The notes beneath the pieces were generated by a model. The model was not told the origin of the DNA. It did no database searches and was given only the letters and a program-made list of their open reading frames with translations. The position numbers and the translations under genes were made by a program. From a virus (lineage: Duplodnaviria; Caudoviricetes), in IMG/VR virus record IMGVR_UViG_3300017766_001423, positions 1 through 33,271 of that record: a stretch of 33,271 bases of DNA; one strand, written 5' to 3'. Positions 17,854 to 26,914 of this stretch are shown here, in pieces. Positions within the stretch are counted from its first letter, which is position 1, and every line of letters begins with the position of its first letter.

Positions 17854-19565
17854 ATTATTTTACTAAAATTGTTTTTCTTTTCAAAACCAATAAGATGTTG
17901 AAATTTATCTACTAATTGATCGGACTTATGACTAATAACAAAAATATTTGATTTATCACTCACGGCATTCAATAGTTTCATCAACTCGTCCATTCCAAGA
18001 GAGTCTAAAGAAGAATCAAAAACTTCGTCTAAAATTAGCAAATTGCAATTTACACTATTTTTCGTTCTTGCAATTTCTCTCCATGCCAGCAGCAAAGCCA
18101 AATCAATTCTCATTTTTTCGCCTTCACTAAAATTCATATAACTAAACTCATCTCTATGTCTGCTTTTAATTTTTTCATTAAAATCTTCGTCTAGTGTAAA
18201 CTGAGCAAAGAAATCCATAGATGATAAAAATTTGTTAATATATTTGTTCATATACGGCAAATAATATTTGATTATCTTTGCCTTCACGCCACTGTCTTTT
18301 AATAGAGTGTGAGCATGTTCGTGGTAAACCAATTCGTCTTTATGTTCGTCCTTTTCATTTTCATGTAAGGCAATTACTTCCTTAAGTTGCTCTAACTTTT
18401 TGGTTTCTTCTTTAATTTGATCCGTAGAAGTACCCATATCATTGAGTTCTTTTAGCAAAGATTGACGATATTTTTCTGCATTTTTTATTGAAGTTCTTTT
18501 TTGAACTATTTGTAGATTTAAATCTTGAATTTTTTTGTTTGTTTCAGTTACTTCTTTTATCTTTTTTGAAGATTCCTCAATATTCAAATCAAGATCATTT
18601 AATGCTTTTTCATATTCTTTTCTTCTTTTATCTTTCTTTTGAATTTCCTCTGTTTTAATAGTTTCATCTATTTTTTGATTACATGAAGGACAAGATGTAT
18701 TTGTTTCAAAAAATTCTATGTCTTTTTCTAAATTCTTAAAATTGATAAAAATTTTGGTTCTAAGTCTTTCTAGATCAGAAAAAGATTTATTAATTTTCTT
18801 TTCTTCTTCTGGGGAAAGTAACATACTCTGTATCTGTGTTTCTACAGAAACAATTTCAGATTGTAAATCTTGTATTTCTATCTGAAGATTATTTGATTTT
18901 TCTTCTAATGCTTTCTTATCCTCATTACTCTTGTTTTCTAGAGTACTAATGAACTGGGATTGTAATAGTGATTTTTGTTTTTCTATTTCAATCTTATTAT
19001 TAATTTCTCTAATTGTTTCCTTTAGTTGCATTATTTTACCCTTAAGTAAAATGTTCATAGTACTAAAAACATTGATATCAAGAATATTTTCAATAACTGC
19101 TCTTCGATCAGCAGCAGAAAGTTGCATAAAAGGAACAAAAGAAGAACTACCAAGAATTACAACTTGAGTAAATGTTTTGTAGTTCATTTTTAATATTTGA
19201 TCTTCTAGTACTTCCTGATAATCAAGACTTTTTGCGTCTTGATTTATCAGATTAGAATTTCTAAAAATTTCAAATATTTTTGGATTTAGACCACGACGAA
19301 TTAAATATTCATCATTTCCTTTGCTAAATTCAATTTCAACAACACAATTTTTATTGTTTACTGAATTTGTAAGTTGAGGAATATTAATTTTTCTAAAAGG
19401 TTTTCCAAACAATGCAAATGTAATGGAATCAAGGAAAGCGAATGATTTTCCGCTTCCATTGTTTCCACATATTAAGGTTGTTGGATTTTTATCAAGAATT
19501 AGTTCAGTAAAATTGTTACCAAAAGAACCAAAATTTTTAAACCGTACCTTCTTGAACTTTATCAT
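17850..19565 (-). CDS. gp46: Recombination endonuclease ATPase subunit gp46 (Rad50/SbcC-like)
   Basis: Walker A GNNGSGKS, zinc hook CPSC, signature FSEGE, Walker B ILDEVFD, ISH. Confidence 0.97.
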   Translation of the reverse strand: MIKFKKVRFKNFGSFGNNFTELILDKNPTTLICGNNGSGKSFAFLDSITFALFGKPFRKINIPQLTNSVNNKNCVVEIEFSKGNDEYLIRRGLNPKIFEIFRNSNLINQDAKSLDYQEVLEDQILKMNYKTFTQVVILGSSSFVPFMQLSAADRRAVIENILDINVFSTMNILLKGKIMQLKETIREINNKIEIEKQKSLLQSQFISTLENKSNEDKKALEEKSNNLQIEIQDLQSEIVSVETQIQSMLLSPEEEKKINKSFSDLERLRTKIFINFKNLEKDIEFFETNTSCPSCNQKIDETIKTEEIQKKDKRRKEYEKALNDLDLNIEESSKKIKEVTETNKKIQDLNLQIVQKRTSIKNAEKYRQSLLKELNDMGTSTDQIKEETKKLEQLKEVIALHENEKDEHKDELVYHEHAHTLLKDSGVKAKIIKYYLPYMNKYINKFLSSMDFFAQFTLDEDFNEKIKSRHRDEFSYMNFSEGEKMRIDLALLLAWREIARTKNSVNCNLLILDEVFDSSLDSLGMDELMKLLNAVSDKSNIFVISHKSDQLVDKFQHLIGFEKKNNFSKII

Positions 19566-19641
19566 TTAAAATTTTCTCCGGGACTACCATTGATCTAAAA
19601 AGTAACTGTTCCGCAGTTTTTTCTTCTTTTACTTCTTCATC

Positions 19642-20325
19642 TTAAACTAATTCAGTTGGTTCTGAATTACTAGAAGTATTTGTAGAATTTCTTAAGTTCT
19701 TTCCACTTGGTGGCCACCCTTCCGGTGTTCCTCTTTCAAATGTCATTGCTGATTCCATTTTAAGTCTCATGGAATATCCAGCTCCATAATACCAAGTAAT
19801 TTCTTCATCTTTGTTTATGTCTGTTAATGCATGTAGACTATAGTATTTGAGGGCAGTGTCTTGATTCCAATATGAATTTGGTTTTTCTGAGTGATTATAA
19901 ATCATTCCGTTGCCAAGGACTAATGCCATTGTATGACCAAACTTTTGACAAATCTGACAACCACATCCCCATGTAAATGCATAACGATTTAAAACCCAAT
20001 CTTTATTTTCTTGAAATGTTGTATCTAACAAAACAACAGGACACTCTTCTATCAAATCACCAGATTTGATGTCTTCTGAAGCAAATACACCAAGTCCACT
20101 TATTTTTGATTTTCCAACATACACCTTCGGTTGAACAAATTTACTCTTTATAGCAAACTTATTTTCCTTTGCAATATATGCCGAAACATAATAACTATGT
20201 GATTTTCTTGCTGGAAATCCATACTCATCGTATACTGCTTCCATGTCATTTGGACCAGGTTGGTATACACTTGGATCAAAAACTTTAGGACGATCATCTT
20301 TAGATGGCATTTCATTTGTGTTCAT
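19642..20325 (-). CDS. SET-domain protein-lysine methyltransferase
   Basis: SKISGLGVFA (GxG), IKSGDLIEECP, IYNHSEKPN (NHS), ALTDINKDEEITWYYG (EEIT..Y). Confidence 0.9.
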   Translation of the reverse strand: MNTNEMPSKDDRPKVFDPSVYQPGPNDMEAVYDEYGFPARKSHSYYVSAYIAKENKFAIKSKFVQPKVYVGKSKISGLGVFASEDIKSGDLIEECPVVLLDTTFQENKDWVLNRYAFTWGCGCQICQKFGHTMALVLGNGMIYNHSEKPNSYWNQDTALKYYSLHALTDINKDEEITWYYGAGYSMRLKMESAMTFERGTPEGWPPSGKNLRNSTNTSSNSEPTELV

Positions 20326-21374
20326 AAGGTTAAACTTTCCATATATAGGTCTTTCACAAGTACTTTTAATTTTGTCTTGTTTTCTATGTTTTCTAAATTA
20401 TCTATCTCTTTATTTATAATACTCAATGTATCTTCTGCAATGTCGATTTCTGTTTCAGTTTGTTTCTCTTGATAATCTTCTATTATAGAAACTTCCTGAA
20501 CAGGAACAGCATACAAAGAATCAACAAATTTGTCAAAATCATATGGTTTTGTTTTACTTGAAACAATTATCTTTATAAAACAATTTTTGTAATTAGATAC
20601 ATCCGATGATAATAATTTTTTTGTTGTTTCTTTTTCATCATCGTATTTGATTGTGTGAAATGTTTCTATTGGATTTTTTACAAATTCTAATTCTCTAGTT
20701 TCAGTATTCAAAACATGAAAACCTTTTGGTGTATTTGCATCACCGAAGTTTAACTGATACTGAGTACCCAAATAATGAATGTTTTTTCCGCTTTGTTTCA
20801 TATGAAAATGACCGGATAAAACCATTTCGAATCTACTAAATTCTTTTTCTGTGATTCCGTGGGGATGAACAACTCCATTGATAACTTGAAATCCTTTTAT
20901 TTCAAAATGTCCGACCACAATAGGACACTTACATTTTTTAATAAAAGATAAACATTCTTGTTCATTATCTCTGGCAATCCAAGGAACCATTCCAATACAC
21001 AATCCATCAAAGTTTAATTCAATTGGATTTTCATGAATATGAATAAATGAACTTTCTTTATAGAAAAGTTCTCGCAACGAATTCAATGAATTTGTATTTT
21101 TGTAGTAGGTATCGTGATTACCTACAGTAATATGAATATTAATTTCATTTTCAATTAATGGTGTAAAGAATCTTTTTTTAACTTGTGCTAATGTATTGAA
21201 ATTAATAAATTTTCTTCTATCAAGAAGATCACCCAAATGAAGAACTGTTTTTATTCCATGTTCCTTCAAATATGGAAAAAATGTTTTTTCAAAAAATTCT
21301 AGAGATTGTTCTAGAAAAAATGGAGAATCGTTTCTAGCTCCAAAATGTGTGTCATTTATGATTGCAATTTTCAT
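20322..21374 (-). CDS. gp47: Recombination endonuclease nuclease subunit gp47 (Mre11/SbcD-like)
   Basis: DTHFG, HLGDLLDRR, VGNHD, GHFE, SGHFH metallophosphoesterase motifs. Confidence 0.97.
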   Translation of the reverse strand: MKIAIINDTHFGARNDSPFFLEQSLEFFEKTFFPYLKEHGIKTVLHLGDLLDRRKFINFNTLAQVKKRFFTPLIENEINIHITVGNHDTYYKNTNSLNSLRELFYKESSFIHIHENPIELNFDGLCIGMVPWIARDNEQECLSFIKKCKCPIVVGHFEIKGFQVINGVVHPHGITEKEFSRFEMVLSGHFHMKQSGKNIHYLGTQYQLNFGDANTPKGFHVLNTETRELEFVKNPIETFHTIKYDDEKETTKKLLSSDVSNYKNCFIKIIVSSKTKPYDFDKFVDSLYAVPVQEVSIIEDYQEKQTETEIDIAEDTLSIINKEIDNLENIENKTKLKVLVKDLYMESLTL

Positions 21375-21376
21375 AA

Positions 21377-21982
21377 TTAATCAAAGTAATTGGATTTCTT
21401 TTTTCTCTTCTTCTTTTTTCTTTTCTTTTCTTTTGGTTCCAGTTTATCGATATCTTGCTCAGATAAGAAAAAAGTCTTTTGTAAGAACTCACTATATGTG
21501 TGGGATCCTTGATTTTCCCTCAACCAATCAGTAAATTTACCATCCATGTCACTCATTTGCAATGCTTTATATTTAACAAATGCTTGCTTTTTTTCTTTTT
21601 CTATTCTACGCAAAAAGGCATAATATATTATTTGAGTAAAATAAGAAAATGGATTGCTTGATTTATTTGGATCGAAATTATGTGCATATAGTAGGCAATT
21701 TTCAATACCGTCACCTACCATATCTTCTCTAAATGGGTAATTTATAAAATTTGGTCTATATGACAAATGTTCTGCTATTTTAAGAAAACACTCCGCGATA
21801 TAGTTTGTAACCGGAGGTCTTGGATCGTCACATGCTTCTGCTGCTCGAACTTCTTTCTTCCATTCAACCATAGCAGAACAAAACTCTTCATTATTAATAT
21901 AATGTTTTAAGTTTTTAATTTCTTTTTCTTCTATCTGTATTACTTCGTCTATATTTTCTTGTTTTTTCTTTTTCTTTTTCAT
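21377..21982 (-). CDS. gp55: Late-transcription sigma factor gp55
   Basis: HYINNEEF, YIAECFLKIAEHLSYRPNF, DGIENC, NPFSYFTQIIYYAFLRRIEKEKKQ. Confidence 0.96.
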   Translation of the reverse strand: MKKKKKKQENIDEVIQIEEKEIKNLKHYINNEEFCSAMVEWKKEVRAAEACDDPRPPVTNYIAECFLKIAEHLSYRPNFINYPFREDMVGDGIENCLLYAHNFDPNKSSNPFSYFTQIIYYAFLRRIEKEKKQAFVKYKALQMSDMDGKFTDWLRENQGSHTYSEFLQKTFFLSEQDIDKLEPKEKKRKKKKRKKKSNYFD

Positions 21983-21999
21983 AAATTACCCATGCACAG

Positions 22000-22027
22000 A
22001 TTATAACAACAACCTTCAATAAATCAA
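22000..22027 (-). promoter_or_regulatory. sigma70-type promoter for gp55-gp47-SET-gp46 operon
   Basis: TTGATT (22027-22022), 16 bp spacer ending TGT, TATAAT (22005-22000): extended -10. Confidence 0.75.
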
Positions 22028-22047
22028 GAAATTTGTAAAAATTTCTC

Positions 22048-22076
22048 TTGACACACTCTAGACACAACATTACAAT
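22048..22076 (+). promoter_or_regulatory. Divergent sigma70-type promoter with no downstream sense gene
   Basis: TTGACA (22048-22053), 17 bp, TACAAT (22071-22076); points into the 3' end of 22134..22871. Confidence 0.7.
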
Positions 22077-22133
22077 TCCTGTGTCTGGTATGAAGAAGAA
22101 GTATAAAGTTTCTTAGAGAAGCTTAGAGGACCT

Positions 22134-22871
22134 TTAAGTACTCTTGGGTGGATCATTATAATCATCTGAATTCGGATCGGGACTCCAATCAGTCCAACGA
22201 TTGCCGTAGTTTGGGTGATTTTTTTCATCACCAGTAAATTTATTATCTTTTTTGACCTTTTTTGCAATTTTAGATAATTGCTTTGGACTTAATATTCCAG
22301 CATTCATAAGGTCCATAATTGCTTCAGGTGGAAGCATCATTGAAATATAAATCATTGGTCGTTCGAATATTTCTGGACCGGTTGGTTCGCCCTGATCTAT
22401 TAAATTATCTGGTGGAGCTTCAGGAAGATCTGACATTTTATCGTACATATCCTGTCCCATATCTTCCATTTCTTTGAAAAGATTTCCAAATATCTCATTT
22501 ATAACTTCTTCATCAGATAGTGTTTTTTTCTTTAAATTTAATTTATTTAAAATGTCCTCGTCTGATAATTGTTTTGTTTCTTGAACTAAATTATCTAAAC
22601 GACCAACTTCTAAATTATAAAGTTTTGTTGTTTCTGGATTTGGATCAATAATTGAAGCAACGTGATTTTTTGGAATCTCTACTTCCTTTGATTGACTATG
22701 TATCAACCAATCCTTTAATATTGTCATATCATATGGACGACCAATTTGATCCATCATGGTTGTTGTTCGAAAAACCATAGGCCTAGTTAAAAGCATTGTT
22801 CTTCTATTTTTATCTGATATTTGAGCAATTAGTTCTTCGCCACTTTTTAATTTAAGAATCTTGTAACTCAT
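22134..22871 (-). CDS. Hypothetical protein with N-terminal Sm-fold-like domain
   Basis: 'YKILKLKSGEELIA...L..P...L..W' is typical of the gene after uvsW in T4-like phages; SD GGAGG. Confidence 0.7.
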   Translation of the reverse strand: MSYKILKLKSGEELIAQISDKNRRTMLLTRPMVFRTTTMMDQIGRPYDMTILKDWLIHSQSKEVEIPKNHVASIIDPNPETTKLYNLEVGRLDNLVQETKQLSDEDILNKLNLKKKTLSDEEVINEIFGNLFKEMEDMGQDMYDKMSDLPEAPPDNLIDQGEPTGPEIFERPMIYISMMLPPEAIMDLMNAGILSPKQLSKIAKKVKKDNKFTGDEKNHPNYGNRWTDWSPDPNSDDYNDPPKST

Positions 22872-24348
22872 TTAATTCCTCCAGGCGTATACTAGTTAAA
22901 CTATATAAGAACTTCTCACTATTATATATGCTGATACGGTCATCCATGTGTCTCAGAGCATGGTTTCTATGTGCTTTGTGATGCAAATCGTCACCTATAT
23001 CATAAACTACCACTTTATCTTTTGCTTCGCTTTTTCTTAATCCTCTACCAATCGATTGTAGGACTCTTACTACTGATTTTGATGGTGATGTGAATACTAT
23101 GTTGTGTATGTTCTTTATATTTATACCCGTAGAACAAGTACCATAAGAAGCAACAAGAACGCTATCTGTTTGTTTATTTACAATCTGACGAATATCTTCT
23201 CTTTCGCTTGCTTCTGTGCCACCATATATCAAAAAACATGGTTTAGTGCAATTATTTTTAATGTCTTCATATAATGGTAATCCGTGTTTTTCAACGTAAT
23301 TAAAAAGAACCAATGTGTTTCCTTTTAGATGACAACATAGATTTACAATAAATTTGTTTCTTTTTTTATTCTGAACCAACCATTGGATTTCATCAATATA
23401 TTTTGCTCTTTTAATTTCTTCTATTTCTGCGTCAGAATATTGCAAAAGTAAACACTTTATTTTAAGATTAGATAGCAAATTTTTATCAATGAGACTTTTT
23501 GTTGATGTTACATTATAGACAGGACCAAATAATCCTTCTATTACAAGTTTATGCACATGAGTACCATCTAATGTTCCAGTTGTTCCAATTCTATATGGAC
23601 TATTTTTCATTTTTGACATTAGGGTAGTTAAAGATTTTGCTTTGAATAAATGACATTCATCACCAAATACACAATATACATTTTTAAAGAAATCTTCTTT
23701 TTGTTTGTATATGCTTTGCCAAGTCGAAATTATGACTTTTTTACTTGTTTGTTTTTCTTGACCAGAATAAACAATGTGACATTTTTTGATAAATCCATCT
23801 TTATTTGCATAGTCTTTGAAATCGTTAAACATTTGTGTAACTAAACCAGTTGTTGGTACTACTACAAGTATTTGTTTATCTTCTGGTATTTGTGTTTCCA
23901 AAAAACGAATAAGCAAATAAATTATTAAAGATTTTCCACTTCCTGTTGGAGATATTAGTAATGATCTTGATTTGTTTATTGCGTGTTTTACTGCTTCTAA
24001 TTGGTGTTCGTGTGGTTTTATTTCTTCCCCATTAGAATAACATTTAAAAGAATTTAAAAATTCATTCAAAGATTCGAGAGTTATTGATTGTTTTGGTTTT
24101 GGATTATATTCTATTTTATAATTACGTTCTTGTGCAAATTTGAAAACATAATCCAATAATCCCGCATATAAAGTATGCGAAAGAGTATTAAATAATCTTA
24201 TTTTACCGTCCCATATTTTATTTCGATATGCAGGAGTAAATTTAAAATTTGGAACAGTAAATGTAAAAAATGAACTAATTTCTTTTGCGATTGATTTTTC
24301 GCAATCAATTTTTATATTCACAGAATCTAGTTCATTTATGGTAATCAT
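22852..24348 (-). CDS. uvsW: UvsW RNA-DNA / DNA-DNA helicase
   Basis: WDGKIRLF, SPTGSGKS, DECH, GTTGT, QSIGRGLR. Confidence 0.97.
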   Translation of the reverse strand: MITINELDSVNIKIDCEKSIAKEISSFFTFTVPNFKFTPAYRNKIWDGKIRLFNTLSHTLYAGLLDYVFKFAQERNYKIEYNPKPKQSITLESLNEFLNSFKCYSNGEEIKPHEHQLEAVKHAINKSRSLLISPTGSGKSLIIYLLIRFLETQIPEDKQILVVVPTTGLVTQMFNDFKDYANKDGFIKKCHIVYSGQEKQTSKKVIISTWQSIYKQKEDFFKNVYCVFGDECHLFKAKSLTTLMSKMKNSPYRIGTTGTLDGTHVHKLVIEGLFGPVYNVTSTKSLIDKNLLSNLKIKCLLLQYSDAEIEEIKRAKYIDEIQWLVQNKKRNKFIVNLCCHLKGNTLVLFNYVEKHGLPLYEDIKNNCTKPCFLIYGGTEASEREDIRQIVNKQTDSVLVASYGTCSTGINIKNIHNIVFTSPSKSVVRVLQSIGRGLRKSEAKDKVVVYDIGDDLHHKAHRNHALRHMDDRISIYNSEKFLYSLTSIRLEELNELQDS

Positions 24349-24782
24349 TGACCTTGAGTAAATTTATGCCAATCTATTGCTGCACGAATATTCCATATTC
24401 TATTACTGATTGACTTTATGATATTTTCTAGATAATTAATTTTTTCTTTTTGAAGTTCTACTTTGTTCGATAAAGTGATGTAATCAGAATCAGATTCCAT
24501 AAACCTATCAATATCTTGTCGTGTTATTGCCAATTCGAATGCTTCCCATCCGAGTTCATTCAATTGCTCTTCTGACATTTTTCCTAGGTAATATAACCAC
24601 TTATTTTTTCTCAATATTGCCAAATCTGATTCTTGTTTTTTAAGAATTAATTTTTCATCAATCATTATGCACAAATATTTGTTGTGTAGTTGTGGTATAT
24701 TTAGACTCTCACGATCCAATGTAGTTGGATCTATCTTCATATCGGTTTCTACCATTTGTTTAATATCTGAAAGTTTTAGCAT
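24345..24782 (-). CDS. uvsY: Recombination mediator UvsY
   Basis: D..ID...LDRESLNIPQLHNKY, KWLYYLGK, IRAAIDW; between gp3 and uvsW. Confidence 0.92.
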   Translation of the reverse strand: MLKLSDIKQMVETDMKIDPTTLDRESLNIPQLHNKYLCIMIDEKLILKKQESDLAILRKNKWLYYLGKMSEEQLNELGWEAFELAITRQDIDRFMESDSDYITLSNKVELQKEKINYLENIIKSISNRIWNIRAAIDWHKFTQGQ

Positions 24783-24789
24783 ATTGAAA

Positions 24790-24798
24790 AGTATATCA
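24790..24798 (-). promoter_or_regulatory. Extended -10 promoter (TGA-TATACT) for uvsY
   Basis: TGn-TATACT 7 nt upstream of the uvsY ATG; no good -35 and no SD. Confidence 0.6.
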
Positions 24799-24811
24799 CA
24801 AAATTCATAAA

Positions 24812-25387
24812 TTAAAAGTTTGTTGCCGGAATTATTTCATAATGAGTATAAACAAATGATGCAGATGCTTGCATTATGTCAATATCTGGTGTTGAAACAT
24901 CAAAATCTAGACCAGATAAAGATGAAGGAAATACATTATGAAATTTTACAGATATGATTGGTTTGTATGCACTCGAAAGAACATAAATTGCTGCCATAGA
25001 TGTCTTTTGACTTTCTGGTAGTCTTTCGTATTGGCCATCATATGTGCTTAAATTTATTATCCAGTTGTGGAGTTCAGTCCAATTTTTCATATCCTCATCG
25101 ACCGAAAAACCAACCTGTAAATCTTCATATGCCAATTGTGTTCCCGGTCTTATAATATTAATAGATCTAGGATTTGATTGTGGAGATAATCCAAAACTAA
25201 TAGTTGGTATATTTACTCTTTGACAGAAAAAAGATACTGTTGGTATTCTATTTAAGACAAATATAAATTTATTTCCGGTGAGAAAATTACGGTTATTTGG
25301 TTGTGGAGGATTTTCCACTAACAAATCTCCTGGCAATTTATCTCGAACGGAATCTGGTAATTGGTTTAAGTAATCTACGAAACTCAT
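24812..25387 (-). CDS. gp3: Tail tube terminator / tail completion protein gp3
   Basis: NFL...F.F...RIP.VSFFCQ.VNIP, FSVDEDMKNW, VFPSSLSGLDF; follows gp23. Confidence 0.88.
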   Translation of the reverse strand: MSFVDYLNQLPDSVRDKLPGDLLVENPPQPNNRNFLTGNKFIFVLNRIPTVSFFCQRVNIPTISFGLSPQSNPRSINIIRPGTQLAYEDLQVGFSVDEDMKNWTELHNWIINLSTYDGQYERLPESQKTSMAAIYVLSSAYKPIISVKFHNVFPSSLSGLDFDVSTPDIDIMQASASFVYTHYEIIPATNF

Positions 25388-25392
25388 ATAGT

Positions 25393-25400
25393 TATTTATA
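25393..25400 (-). promoter_or_regulatory. T4-type late promoter TATAAATA for gp3
   Basis: Exact consensus right after the gp23 terminator, 5 nt before the gp3 ATG. Confidence 0.8.
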
Positions 25401-25433
25401 AAAGAAAACCGGGAGCATTTCTGCTCCCGGTTT
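25400..25433 (-). terminator. Rho-independent terminator after gp23
   Basis: Minus strand AAACCGGGAGCA-GAAA-TGCTCCCGGTTT (12-bp stem, GNRA loop) followed by TCTTTT. Confidence 0.93.
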
Positions 25434-25457
25434 CGGGTTACTGAATTACTCAGTCAC

Positions 25458-26870
25458 TCAGATGACGATTCCACCAGTTTGACCGTGGAGGTTCTTGACA
25501 GCAAAGAGTCTATAGTAGACGTTGCTGTTTGCATCTAATCCATCAGTGTTTGTGCTGATTGGGGTTCTTCCCTTTGCGAATGGGTTTGCAACCATTCCGT
25601 AACGGGTCTTGAATCCAATCTTTGGTTGGAAGGTATCTTGAGATACTGCACGAACCATTTGGAGAGGAACATATGGGCAGTAGAACATACCTGCGTCATA
25701 TGGGGAAACTCCCTTATAACCAACTAGGCAGAAGTCAACGCCTTCCTTAACGAATGGGTCGATGAAGACCTTAAACTTACCGTTAAGAACACCGGCGAAG
25801 ACGTTTCCTGTATCGTCAACATTCATATTGACGTTGAGTGCTGGAGAGAGATTGAGGAATCCACCCATTGCGAGAGCAGAAGCAACGTCTGCGCTGCAAA
25901 GAATGAAGTTACCCTTTCCTCTACGAGTTTGCTTGGCAATGAGGTTTGCTTCGCGTTCGATTTGGAACATCAAACCACGGTAGCGTTCTGCGCTCCAACG
26001 ACCGTCAGAGTCAGCAACTACGTCGTAGATACCTGTTGTTGCAGAGTTTGCCAAGTCGGAGTTTGTAGCACCTGTCTTGGAGATGTGGTAAACTGCACGA
26101 ATGATCTCGCGGTTGATTTCGTTGAGAATTTCTGTGCTGAGAATGTTAGCCAACTCAGATTCGGCGTCTAACCCGTGAACTGCCTTGAGGTCTTGAGCCA
26201 ATTCTGTGGTGTATTCTGCCTTGAGAGCGCGTGTTTTTGCTTCGACAGCAACACGTTCAATGCTGAATGCCATTTCACGGAATTGGTATGTGTCGTTCGA
26301 ACCACCAAGTGTTTCTGCATTCTGAGTCAAAATTCCGCGGAATTGACTAAATGTATCTGTTCTTGAACCAGCAGCAGTAATTGGTTCAATACCGAGTGTG
26401 TGACCACTCAACAATGCATCGTAGAATGCACCAGAGGCACCAGAAGCACCAGAGTACTTGGCCCATGGCTCATCGAACATTGCTTCTTGACCACCTTGTG
26501 TGTTATACTTGGAGCGCATTGCAAAGATCAATCCAGTTGGGGCAGTCATTGGTTGAACACCAGCGATGTCGTAAGCAACGACGTTTGGCATGGCGCGACG
26601 AACCAACGAAATTAGGATTGGGTCGTAACCAGCCAATGTGCCTGTGGCGTTACCACCGCTCATTGCGATTTGACCTGTTGCAAAGTTACCGCCCATTGAT
26701 TGTGCTTCGTGAAGCATTCCTTCAGAAAGGGCCTTCTTTTGGTTCTCTAAGAGAACAGCAGTAACTCTGCGCTTGTGTACATCTGAAATGTTTGGGAGTT
26801 CCGAGTGATTGATAACTGGATCCCATTTTTCTACTAGTGTGTCATACGGTGTTGTTGAATTAAAGTCCAT
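25458..26870 (-). CDS. gp23: Major capsid protein gp23
   Basis: LVEKWDP, YDPILISLVRRAMP, GVQPMTAPTGLIFAMR, RALKAEYTTELAQDLKAVHGLDAE, FQPKIGFKTRYG; SD AAGGAG. Confidence 0.99.
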   Translation of the reverse strand: MDFNSTTPYDTLVEKWDPVINHSELPNISDVHKRRVTAVLLENQKKALSEGMLHEAQSMGGNFATGQIAMSGGNATGTLAGYDPILISLVRRAMPNVVAYDIAGVQPMTAPTGLIFAMRSKYNTQGGQEAMFDEPWAKYSGASGASGAFYDALLSGHTLGIEPITAAGSRTDTFSQFRGILTQNAETLGGSNDTYQFREMAFSIERVAVEAKTRALKAEYTTELAQDLKAVHGLDAESELANILSTEILNEINREIIRAVYHISKTGATNSDLANSATTGIYDVVADSDGRWSAERYRGLMFQIEREANLIAKQTRRGKGNFILCSADVASALAMGGFLNLSPALNVNMNVDDTGNVFAGVLNGKFKVFIDPFVKEGVDFCLVGYKGVSPYDAGMFYCPYVPLQMVRAVSQDTFQPKIGFKTRYGMVANPFAKGRTPISTNTDGLDANSNVYYRLFAVKNLHGQTGGIVI

Positions 26871-26914
26871 CTTTTTCTCCTTGTTAAATATGTATTAGAT
26901 TTGGTATTTTCAAC

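Noticed and set aside
22070-22267. 65-aa minus-strand ORF overlapping the end of the Sm-like gene
   Set aside because: Non-ATG start, mostly out-of-frame overlap, and runs through the promoter region.
5523-23125. Intragenic TATAAATA matches at 5523-5530, 20411-20418 and 23118-23125
   Set aside because: All inside coding sequence (Ile-Asn codons) in AT-rich DNA, so expected by chance; only 20411-20418, upstream of SET, might merit TSS data.
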